This document shows positions 17,145-25,142 of a DNA stretch of 64,000 nt, piece by piece. Both the position numbers and the translations under genes were made by a program. Position 1 is the stretch's first letter. Each line of letters starts with the position of its first letter. Under the pieces are notes generated by a model. It saw only the letters and a list, made by a program, of their open reading frames with translations. It did no database searches and was not told the DNA's origin. The stretch covers positions 60,672 through 124,671 of the forward strand of contig JANQKZ010000014.1 of assembly GCA_028280845.1 (NCBI GenBank), written 5' to 3'. This DNA is from Opitutales bacterium (GTDB lineage Bacteria; Verrucomicrobiota; Verrucomicrobiia; Opitutales; JABSRG01).

Positions 17145-17566
17145 TGCGCAATAAAGGCTTTCATAGCCTGCAGGGTTTCCGGGCTGACGTGGTGCTCAAT
17201 GCCTTCCGCATCTGCTTCTGCGGTCTGGGGAGAGACACCGAGCTGAACGAGAAAGTTGACCACGGTTTCATGACGCTGGCGGCTTTCTTCGGCCATGCGG
17301 GCTCCGGCCTTTGTCAACGAAATGGCTTTATAGGGTTCGGTATGGACCAGACCCTGCTCCTGCAACCGGCCGATGGTTCGAATGACTGTGACGTGAGAGA
17401 CGCCAAAATGCCGGGCGAGGTCGGTCACTCTGGCCTGTTGATCGGATTCGATGAGGCCGGCTATTGCCTCCACGTAGTCCTGGGCGATTTCCCGGGCATG
17501 TTGAGTGCGAATGCGTTGATGGTGGAGCGCACTGGCATTGGGCTCTTCCGGTGAGGTTGGGGCCAT
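17141..17566 (-). CDS. mntR: MntR/DtxR-family metal-dependent transcriptional repressor
   Basis: 141 aa. HTH is VTDLARHFGVSHVTVIRTIGRLQEQGLV, with a dimerisation helix RQRHETVVNFL. It overlaps mscS by 4 nt (ATGA). Confidence 0.85.
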   Translation of the reverse strand: MAPTSPEEPNASALHHQRIRTQHAREIAQDYVEAIAGLIESDQQARVTDLARHFGVSHVTVIRTIGRLQEQGLVHTEPYKAISLTKAGARMAEESRQRHETVVNFLVQLGVSPQTAEADAEGIEHHVSPETLQAMKAFIAQ

Positions 17567-17694
17567 GCTAGCATCATGATTTTAAAGTTCGGTTCTGACA
17601 AGTTACTTCCATGTGTGTCCCTACCCAGTCGCGCACTCAACGTGTTGTTCAGATGCACACATGGGCTTGACAAGGAGGCAGGCAGGCATCACCT

Positions 17695-17712
17695 TTGTAG
17701 CCTATGCTACAA
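17695..17712. promoter_or_regulatory. candidate DtxR/MntR-type operator: palindrome TTGTAGC-CTAT-GCTACAA
   Basis: 7-bp perfect inverted arms with a 4-nt spacer, about 25 nt upstream of the likely lipoprotein start (17737) of the metal ABC operon. Further inverted repeats are ATGCTAGCAT (17565..17574) and CCATGTGTG/CACACATGG (17609..17617 / 17656..17664). Confidence 0.45.
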
Positions 17713-17736
17713 TTGTGGACTGGGCGACGACCAAAT

Positions 17737-18744
17737 ATGAGGAGTAGACAGCGGAGGGTGATCCCTGGGCTGGCGATGCTGGCAGTGGCGGTTTTCGCGG
17801 GCTGCGGACCAAAGGCCCCCGAGGATTCAAGACAGGGCGAGTATCGTGTGGCGACGACGGTGGGCATGATCACGGATGTGGTGAAAGTCATAGCGGGAGA
17901 CCGGGCGGAGGTGCGCGGAATCATTGGTGAAGGGGTGGATCCTCACTTGTATAAGCCGACCCGAGGGGATGTGGTGATCCTGAATGAGGCGGACATAATT
18001 TTTTATAACGGGTTGATGCTGGAGGGGAAGATGGCAGACGTCCTGGTAAAAATGGCGACGCAGGGGAAGCCGGTCCAAGCGGTAACGGAGGTGATCCTGG
18101 CAGGAGGCGACTATGTCATGGTGGATGAGAGTGAGCACTACGATCCCCACGTGTGGATGGATGTGGGCGGGTGGATGCGAGCGGTGCCGATTGTGGTGGA
18201 GGCTCTGTCGGACTTTGATCCGGAAGGCCGGTCGGGCTACGAGGAACGGGGGCAGTCTTACCTGGACTCTCTCAAAGCGCTGGACGCTTATGCCCGGGCC
18301 AGTTTTTCCAGTATACCCGAGGAACAACGGGTGTTGATCACGGCTCACGATGCCTTCAATTACCTGGGGCGGGCTTATGGAATCGAGGTGCGGGGGATTC
18401 AGGGGATCAGCACGGAATCGGAAGCCGGGGTTCGCGATATTGAAACCCTGATCCGATTTATCGTGAAGCAGAATATTCCGGCGGTGTTTGTGGAGACCTC
18501 GGTCGCTGACAAAAATGTGCGAGCCCTCGTGGAGGGGGCGGCGGCGCAAGGGCATACGATCCGGGTGGGTGGGTCTTTGTTTTCGGATGCGATGGGCGCG
18601 CCGGGCAGCTATGAAGGCACCTACATAGGCATGCTCGACCACAACATTACGACGATCACCCGGGCCTTGGGGGGGACGGCTCCTGCTGGCGGGTTTCAAG
18701 GGAAATTAAGCGCCGGTTCCCCGGCTGGGAGGGGTGCCCAGTGA
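17737..18744 (+). CDS. metal (Mn/Fe/Zn) ABC transporter substrate-binding lipoprotein, cluster A-I (TroA/MntC/YtgA-like)
   Basis: The ATG at 17737 gives MRSRQRRVIPGLAMLAVAVFAGC, which contains a lipobox. Conserved motifs are DPHLYKP and DPHVWMD. The track ORF starts at 17704. Confidence 0.85.
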   Translation: MRSRQRRVIPGLAMLAVAVFAGCGPKAPEDSRQGEYRVATTVGMITDVVKVIAGDRAEVRGIIGEGVDPHLYKPTRGDVVILNEADIIFYNGLMLEGKMADVLVKMATQGKPVQAVTEVILAGGDYVMVDESEHYDPHVWMDVGGWMRAVPIVVEALSDFDPEGRSGYEERGQSYLDSLKALDAYARASFSSIPEEQRVLITAHDAFNYLGRAYGIEVRGIQGISTESEAGVRDIETLIRFIVKQNIPAVFVETSVADKNVRALVEGAAAQGHTIRVGGSLFSDAMGAPGSYEGTYIGMLDHNITTITRALGGTAPAGGFQGKLSAGSPAGRGAQ

Positions 18745-19535
18745 ATGCGATGCCGGCGCATCCCCCGGGAGACCCTGTGGCCTCCCATCCCTTGCAGATC
18801 CGTGATCTGACGGTAGCGTATCAGCGCAAGCCCGTGATCTGGGACATCGATTTAAAGATCGATGCGGGCCGGTTGGTTGCCATTGTGGGGCCCAATGGGG
18901 CAGGGAAGAGCACACTGCTGAAGGCGGCCCTGGATTTAATCCCCAAGTCGAGCGGAGAGGTCCTGATGTTTGGCCAATCCTATTCCCAGGTGAGGAAGCG
19001 GATAGGCTATGTTCCCCAGCGCGAGAGTGTGGATTGGGATTTTCCGGTGAGTGCTCTCGATGTGGTAACGATGGGAACTTATGGGCGGCTTGGCTGGTTT
19101 CGGCCAGTCAACCGTCGGGTGAAAGCGCGAGCAATGGAAGCGCTGGATCGAGTCGGGCTGGCAGATTATGCACACCGGCAGATCAGCCAGCTTTCGGGGG
19201 GACAGCAGCAACGGACTTTTCTGGCGCGTGCATTGGCCCAGGACGCGGATCTCTACTTTATGGACGAGCCTTTTGCGGCGGTGGACGCGGCGACGGAGCA
19301 AGCCATCGTGGCCCTGCTGAAAGACCTGAAGGCCAACCATAAAACCTGTCTCGTGGTGCACCATGACCTGGCCACTGTGCCGCAGTATTTTGATTGGACG
19401 GTGCTGCTCAATATGCGGGTGGTGGCCTCAGGGCCAACGGAGACCGTCTTTTTAGAGGCAAACCTGCGCAAGACCTATGGCGGTAAGCTGGACTTGTTGG
19501 CCCAGGCAGCGGAGGCGGTGCGGAAGCTCCAGTAA
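18741..19535 (+). CDS. metal ABC transporter ATP-binding protein
   Basis: Walker A GPNGAGKST, signature LSGGQQQR, Walker B LYFMDEP. 4-nt overlap with the upstream gene. Confidence 0.9.
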   Translation: MNAMPAHPPGDPVASHPLQIRDLTVAYQRKPVIWDIDLKIDAGRLVAIVGPNGAGKSTLLKAALDLIPKSSGEVLMFGQSYSQVRKRIGYVPQRESVDWDFPVSALDVVTMGTYGRLGWFRPVNRRVKARAMEALDRVGLADYAHRQISQLSGGQQQRTFLARALAQDADLYFMDEPFAAVDAATEQAIVALLKDLKANHKTCLVVHHDLATVPQYFDWTVLLNMRVVASGPTETVFLEANLRKTYGGKLDLLAQAAEAVRKLQ

Positions 19536-19549
19536 GCGCGATTGGACCG

Positions 19550-20926
19550 ATGGATTGGGAGCAGATCATAAGCGTATTATTTCTGCGGGATTACAACACC
19601 CGGCTGGTGGTTTTCTCTACCTTGTTGCTCGGTGTGACATGTGGAATCATGGGCGGATTTCTGCTCCTGAGAAAACGTTCATTGATGGGGGATACCTTAT
19701 CCCATGCCACCCTGCCCGGGATCGTGGGCCTATTCCTGGCCGGAGTCTTTCTGGGAAATGATGGAAAGTCCTTCATGCTGCTTCTGGTCGGTGCTGCAGT
19801 TACCGGTCTCCTGGGGTGTTGGCTTGTGCTCTTTATCCGCGAACATACCCGGTTGAAAGATGACGCGGCGATGGGCATTGTGTTGAGCGTATTTTTCGGG
19901 GCCGGGGTGGCATTGCTCGGCATGGCACAGACGCTGCCGGAAGGAAGTGCGGCGGGGCTGGAGTCCTTTATCTATGGGAAGACGGCTTCGATGGTAGCGA
20001 CTGACTTTCAAATCCTGGTGGTGGTGTCGCTGCTGGTATTGGGTATCTCCATCCTCCTGTTTAAGGAATTCAAGCTGCTCTGTTTTGACGAAACCTTTGC
20101 GCGGTCGCTGGGCTTCTCCACACGATGGCTCGACGTGTTGATGTTGGGACTGGTCACGGCCGTGACCGTGGCGGGGCTTCAGGCGGTGGGATTGATCCTC
20201 ATCATCGCCTTCTTGATTACACCGGCAGCGGCAGCTCGTTTCTGGACGGAGAAACTGGAGAGGATGTTAATCCTTTCGTCTATTCTAGGCGGGCTGAGTG
20301 GCTGGATCGGTGCAAGTCTGAGCGCCTTGTTGCCGCGCATGCCTGCGGGGGCGGTCATTGTCCTGGTGGCCGCGGGCTTCTTTGTCTTCAGCATGTTGTT
20401 CGGGACGGCACGCGGGGTGCTCCTGCGGTATCGCCAGCATCGGGAGCTCCGGTTCCTCGTCAGTCGCCAGCACTTGCTCCGGGCTCTTTTTGAAATTCTG
20501 GAAGGGCAGCAGTCCGGTGTGGATGAACTGGAGGTGACGCCAGTTCCCTATGAGGAGGTTCGGATTACGCGAACGTGGACGGATCGGGCGTTGAACAAAA
20601 CCCTGGCTCATGCCTTCCGGGATGGCCTGGTCAAAACCCGACCTACGGACGACACGATCCTCCTTTCCTCCCGCGGGCTTGAAGAGGCGGCAAAGGTGAC
20701 TCGAAACCACCGGCTGTGGGAATTGTATTTGATCGAGTTTGCTGATATTGCTACCAGCCGGGTAGACCGGGGTGCCGATCGGGTGGAGCATGTCCTGGGC
20801 GAGGAGTTGGTGCAGGCCCTGGAGGCCAAGCTGCAGACTTATCGCTGGGATGAGCAAGTCCTTGTTCCGGCCAGTCCCCACCCAATTGCGGGAGGGGTTG
20901 CCCCCTCAACGGAGGCCACTCCATGA
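19550..20926 (+). CDS. ABC-3 metal transporter permease fused to a C-terminal DtxR-like repressor domain (YtgC-YtgR-type)
   Basis: 458 aa. The first ~290 aa are a polytopic ABC-3 permease. The C-terminal ~150 aa contain ...TRNHRLWELYLIEFADIATSRVDRGADRVEHVLGEELVQALEAKL, which matches the DtxR dimerisation/metal-binding helix pattern (RKHRLAERLL...HDEACRWEHV). Confidence 0.8.
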   Translation: MDWEQIISVLFLRDYNTRLVVFSTLLLGVTCGIMGGFLLLRKRSLMGDTLSHATLPGIVGLFLAGVFLGNDGKSFMLLLVGAAVTGLLGCWLVLFIREHTRLKDDAAMGIVLSVFFGAGVALLGMAQTLPEGSAAGLESFIYGKTASMVATDFQILVVVSLLVLGISILLFKEFKLLCFDETFARSLGFSTRWLDVLMLGLVTAVTVAGLQAVGLILIIAFLITPAAAARFWTEKLERMLILSSILGGLSGWIGASLSALLPRMPAGAVIVLVAAGFFVFSMLFGTARGVLLRYRQHRELRFLVSRQHLLRALFEILEGQQSGVDELEVTPVPYEEVRITRTWTDRALNKTLAHAFRDGLVKTRPTDDTILLSSRGLEEAAKVTRNHRLWELYLIEFADIATSRVDRGADRVEHVLGEELVQALEAKLQTYRWDEQVLVPASPHPIAGGVAPSTEATP

Positions 20927-21840
20927 GTTGGTTACCGTTGGATACCTGGATCGTGGTGACCGGTGCGTTGTGCGCAGCGGCGTGCGCCCTCCTGGGCAAC
21001 TTCCTGGTTTTACGAAAAATGAGTATGATGGGAGACGCCATCAGCCATGCGGTGCTGCCTGGGCTGGCGATTGCCTTTCTCCTTACGGGGTCACGCTCCA
21101 GTATTGCGATGTTCATTGGGGCGGCGCTAGTCGGGGTGATGACGGCCGTGTTTACGCAGTGGATCGGCAAGTTCGGCAATGTGGAACGGGGGGCCTCGAT
21201 GGGGATCGTCTTTACCACGTTGTTTGCGCTTGGCCTGCTTCTGATCGTGAAAGGGGCGGATCACGTGGATCTGGATCCCGGGTGTGTGCTCTATGGGGCT
21301 TTGGAGCTGACCCCACTGGATCCCGGGTTTACCCTGAGTGGCTTTGGACTGACCCTGACGGTCCCGCGCGCCACGGCGGTGCTGTCTGGCATCTTTTTAC
21401 TCAATCTCGGATGCATCTTGCTCTTCTACAAGGAGCTAAAAATCAGCTCTTTTGATCCGGAGTTGGCCACCACCCTGGGAATCGATGCGCGGTGGATGCA
21501 CTATCTTCTGATGACCCTGGTGGCGATTACGGCGGTAGCGGCTTTTGAAGCAGTAGGGAGCATTATTGTCATTGCGATGTTGATCGTCCCGGCAGCCTCG
21601 GCCTATCTCTTGACCCACCGGTTGTCTACAATGATTCTCCTGAGCCTGGTTTTCGGAGTGGCCGCAGCGGTGTTAGGCCATATCTCCGCCATCACGGTGC
21701 CTCACTGGTTTGGGTTTTCCGATACTTCCACCTCCGGGATGATGGCCGTGGTGTCCGGAGTGCTCTTTGGGTTGGTTGTTTTGTTGTCCCCCAACCAGGG
21801 ATTGTTGTTTCGATCTCGTCGAACGGGGAAGGCAGGTTGA
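20923..21840 (+). CDS. ABC-3 metal transporter permease (second subunit)
   Basis: 305 aa polytopic membrane protein, paralogous to the N-terminal part of the upstream gene. 4-nt overlap. Confidence 0.9.
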   Translation: MSWLPLDTWIVVTGALCAAACALLGNFLVLRKMSMMGDAISHAVLPGLAIAFLLTGSRSSIAMFIGAALVGVMTAVFTQWIGKFGNVERGASMGIVFTTLFALGLLLIVKGADHVDLDPGCVLYGALELTPLDPGFTLSGFGLTLTVPRATAVLSGIFLLNLGCILLFYKELKISSFDPELATTLGIDARWMHYLLMTLVAITAVAAFEAVGSIIVIAMLIVPAASAYLLTHRLSTMILLSLVFGVAAAVLGHISAITVPHWFGFSDTSTSGMMAVVSGVLFGLVVLLSPNQGLLFRSRRTGKAG

Positions 21841-21896
21841 ATTGGAAGTTTTTTGGTCTGCTGGCGGGGTCCTACGATGGGGAAAGGAAAGGCTAC

Positions 21897-22508
21897 TTAG
21901 TGGTATCGGGTTTCTTGAAGGGCTTTGCGGATCCGGTTCCAGATGGTGAGGAGGCAGAGGAGGGAGAGGATGATGAGGAGGGGATTGGTGAACACGAGGA
22001 AGGACGGCCAGATGCCGCCGAAGGCGGCCCATGCCCCGATGACGAAGGCGCGGTCACTTTTGCCCATGGGGCCATCGTAACGGCGGGAGGCTCCGATCTG
22101 GACGGCGATGCAGCCTGTTGCCTCCGTGGTGACGGCGAGGATGGCGAAGAGCGCTGCGAGGGGAAAGCATACCCCCGGAATGAAACCGAGGGCGAGGTAG
22201 AGTGCGGCGTCGGAAAGGATATCGCCCAATTCATTCAGGAAGGCTCCGAGCTTACTTTTCTGGTTAAACTCTCGAGCCAACATGCCATCGATTGCATTCA
22301 AGGCCATGCGGATGAAGAGGACGGCCGGGTAGGCGAGAATCGCGATACGCAATTCGGGATAGGCGGCGAGGGCAGTGGCTGCGAGGATGGATAGGAAAAG
22401 CGCAAACAGGGTGACCTGGTTAGCCGTGATCCCGGCCTTCTCCAGGCGGTGACAAAGGGGCCGAAGGAGGTTCTGGAATTTTGTTTTCAGCTTGTAGATG
22501 GAAGGCAC
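21897..22508 (-). CDS. CDP-alcohol phosphatidyltransferase family protein
   Basis: 203 aa. Signature D-G-x2-A-R-x8-G-x3-D-x3-D, read as AIDGMLAREFNQKSKLGAFLNELGDILSD. Confidence 0.85.
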   Translation of the reverse strand: MPSIYKLKTKFQNLLRPLCHRLEKAGITANQVTLFALFLSILAATALAAYPELRIAILAYPAVLFIRMALNAIDGMLAREFNQKSKLGAFLNELGDILSDAALYLALGFIPGVCFPLAALFAILAVTTEATGCIAVQIGASRRYDGPMGKSDRAFVIGAWAAFGGIWPSFLVFTNPLLIILSLLCLLTIWNRIRKALQETRYH

Positions 22509-22517
22509 GTTTTAAAG

Positions 22518-22559
22518 CCGTAAGTCGGAAATCAGTAATTGGAAATCGGCAGTAGGAGG
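22518..22559 (+). repeat. degenerate heptanucleotide array (locus D, ~6 units)
   Basis: ccgtaag tcggaaa tcagtaa ttggaaa tcggcag taggagg. Same strand and phase logic as loci A/B. Lies between the cdsA stop and the CDP-alcohol transferase start. Confidence 0.6.
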
Positions 22560-22574
22560 GCGTGGGTCCGGGAA

Positions 22575-23525
22575 TTATTGGCCGAAGAAGTAGCGGACGA
22601 CGTGGTAGTAGACGGGGGCGGCGAAGCAGAGAGAGTCGATGCGGTCCATCATGCCGCCGTGGCCGGGAATGATAGTCCCATAGTCTTTGATACCTCGATC
22701 CCGTTTGATTGCTGACATGACCAGGCCACCGAAAAAACCCATGAGGCAGAGCAACATCGCCATGGCACCGGCCTGCCAGAAATTAAAGGGGGTGGCCCAC
22801 CAGAGGCAGGCCCCCACCAGGGAGGCGGAAAGTGTCCCACCAATCAGGCCCTCGGCGGTTTTATTCGGGCTGAGTTTGGGAACGACCGGGGTTTTACCGA
22901 TAGATTTGCCCCATACGTACTGGAGAACGTCTGAGACCTGGACCACGATGACCATAAAGAGCAGGAGCTTCACATTTTCGCCTTCGTAGCCATCGATTTC
23001 GAGGGTGAGGAGCCCCGGACCATAGCTGATGAAATAGACGCATACCATCAATCCCCACTGCACCTTTGAGGTCCGTTCCAGGAAGTCTTTCGTCTCCCCC
23101 GCGAGGGCTGCTCGGATTGGTATGAATATAAACGCGTATACCGGGATGAAAATGTAGGCAAACCCACCCAACTCCATGCCGATGGTCAGGTATTGCGCAG
23201 GGAGGATGAAAAAGAAGGCCCAGAACAAGGCTCGATGATCCCCCTGGCGGGTAGGGGCCATGGTAATAAACTCCCGGAGAGCTTGAAACGATATGGCTGT
23301 AAATATGATGAGGGTGCCCACTTTCCCGACCATGAGGGCGACCCCGAAGGTGGCGATCATGACCCACCATGCCTTTATACGAGCCAAGAGATTGTGATAA
23401 AACCTGGAGCTGCCATCCGGATCCAAGCGGTGGCGGAATGACCGGGCGAAAAGCGATGCGAGGGAGATCGCGACGATAACGCCAGTGATCAACAACATGA
23501 GTTCCGCATCGAATTGCAGGTTCAT
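22575..23525 (-). CDS. cdsA: phosphatidate cytidylyltransferase
   Basis: 316 aa. CdsA signature is SAIKRDRGIKDYGTIIPGHGGMMDRIDS. Confidence 0.9.
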   Translation of the reverse strand: MNLQFDAELMLLITGVIVAISLASLFARSFRHRLDPDGSSRFYHNLLARIKAWWVMIATFGVALMVGKVGTLIIFTAISFQALREFITMAPTRQGDHRALFWAFFFILPAQYLTIGMELGGFAYIFIPVYAFIFIPIRAALAGETKDFLERTSKVQWGLMVCVYFISYGPGLLTLEIDGYEGENVKLLLFMVIVVQVSDVLQYVWGKSIGKTPVVPKLSPNKTAEGLIGGTLSASLVGACLWWATPFNFWQAGAMAMLLCLMGFFGGLVMSAIKRDRGIKDYGTIIPGHGGMMDRIDSLCFAAPVYYHVVRYFFGQ

Positions 23526-24163
23526 GGGGAGGACACCTTTCGTTGAGAGACGTGGATGGAGTCCTCCACATCATCCTGGGCGAGGAGGGCAGATTTTGCT
23601 TTCTGCAAGAACGCATCTTTGTGCTCCCCAGCATCGAGGTAGAGCGGATCTCCGTAGATTAAGGTGGCGATCAAGGGCAACGGGAAGAGTTCCCCCTTGG
23701 GCAAAATGCGGAAGAGATTGTTTAGCAGCACGGGGATGAATACGGTCTCATTCGTAGATCGGGCGAGGTGGTAGAGGCCACTTTTAAATTCTCCAACTTC
23801 CCCCGTTCGACTCCGAGTCCCCTCGGGAAATATGATCAAGTTGGATCCTTCAGAAAGGACCTGTTTCATCTCCTGCATCGGGTTGTTTTCCCGAGTGACC
23901 GCGCGACGCTCGATCAAAATGGCGTGGAATACTTTGGAGGCCAGGTAGCGGCGGAGTTTGTTTTTGGTCCAGTAGTCCTTGGCGGCAATGGGGCGGGTGA
24001 TTGCTCGGACCTCCCGGGGTAGTGAGGCCCAGATGACAGGGAAATCCAGGTTACTTGTATGGTTGGAGAAAAAGACTATCGGTTTCCCCTTCGGTAACTC
24101 CGGGAATCTCCGCACCGTGCAACCGCTGAGCACACGAATCAGAACAGCGAGGAAGACAGCCAT
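23522..24163 (-). CDS. plsC: 1-acyl-sn-glycerol-3-phosphate acyltransferase
   Basis: 213 aa. H-x4-D box NHTSNLD and FPEGTRS. 4-nt overlap with cdsA. Confidence 0.85.
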   Translation of the reverse strand: MAVFLAVLIRVLSGCTVRRFPELPKGKPIVFFSNHTSNLDFPVIWASLPREVRAITRPIAAKDYWTKNKLRRYLASKVFHAILIERRAVTRENNPMQEMKQVLSEGSNLIIFPEGTRSRTGEVGEFKSGLYHLARSTNETVFIPVLLNNLFRILPKGELFPLPLIATLIYGDPLYLDAGEHKDAFLQKAKSALLAQDDVEDSIHVSQRKVSSP

Positions 24164-24392
24164 TGCTCCAACCTAACGGTTGGAAGAGGAAGTGGGAAGG
24201 ATTTAGTGTCGAGTGTCTGGTGGCTAGTGGTGGGATGCGGGGTTCGGTTTGGGTTTGTTTTGTTTTCTGTATCGAAGATGAGGAAGATGAAGGGTAAGAG
24301 GATAGGGGGAGGAATGGTTCGACAAAGTGTGGGGGAAGCGATGTGTTGATCACGGACTTTTCTTCACTAAAACCGCTACACATTTTTAGTTT

Positions 24393-25142
24393 ATGCCGGA
24401 TTCCGAAATCAGATCGGACTATGATGATATTGCAGATGCTTACCGGGAATCAAAGAAGCATAGTTTTCGGAGCGTCATTGAGGAACATACCTTGTTTACC
24501 GTAGCAGGCGATGTATCCGGATTAGATATTGTGGACCTTGCTTGCGGCGAAGGTCACTACACCCGAAAGCTCAAGGCTGCCGGAGCTGCATCCATTCTGG
24601 GCGTGGATCTATCGGCGGAGATGATGAAACTCGCCATCGAGGCAGAACAGGCAGATCCCTTGGGCTGCACCTATCTGCAGCAAGATGCCTCTACCTTGGA
24701 ATTGGAGAAGCAAGTGGACCTCGTGGTGGGTATGTTCCTGCTCAACTATGCCCGATCTTTTAATGAGCTGCTGGCATTTACGCGTAGCGCTTTCCGCCTG
24801 CTGAAGTCGGGCGGACGCTTTATTGGCTTTAATGATAATCCCTTAATGGGAGCCACGGATGTTGGATTTTACACTCAGTATCAGTTTGAGAAAATTCGTA
24901 AGCCTGATGCTATGCCTGGAGACGTCATCATCTATCGGGTGACAAATCTGGATGGAACAGTATTTGATATTATCAATTATTATCAACCACCCGAAGTCTA
25001 TACCACCGCATTCGAGGAGGCAGGCTTTGCTGATTTTAAGTGGGATGGTCCGTATTTACACCCGGATGCCCAAGGTGATCCTCACTGGGACCGCTTTATG
25101 CAATCTCCTCCCTGTAATGGGTTTACCGCGACCAAACCGTGA
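24393..25142 (+). CDS. class I SAM-dependent methyltransferase
   Basis: 249 aa. Motif I is IVDLACGEGHYTRKL. Confidence 0.8.
   Translation: MPDSEIRSDYDDIADAYRESKKHSFRSVIEEHTLFTVAGDVSGLDIVDLACGEGHYTRKLKAAGAASILGVDLSAEMMKLAIEAEQADPLGCTYLQQDASTLELEKQVDLVVGMFLLNYARSFNELLAFTRSAFRLLKSGGRFIGFNDNPLMGATDVGFYTQYQFEKIRKPDAMPGDVIIYRVTNLDGTVFDIINYYQPPEVYTTAFEEAGFADFKWDGPYLHPDAQGDPHWDRFMQSPPCNGFTATKP

Noticed and set aside
17827-18699. 290-aa minus-strand ORF
   Set aside because: It is antisense to the metal-binding SBP gene and is an Arg/His/Pro-rich shadow frame.
21837-22394. 185-aa plus-strand acidic ORF
   Set aside because: It is antisense to the CDP-alcohol phosphatidyltransferase, which has the full family signature.
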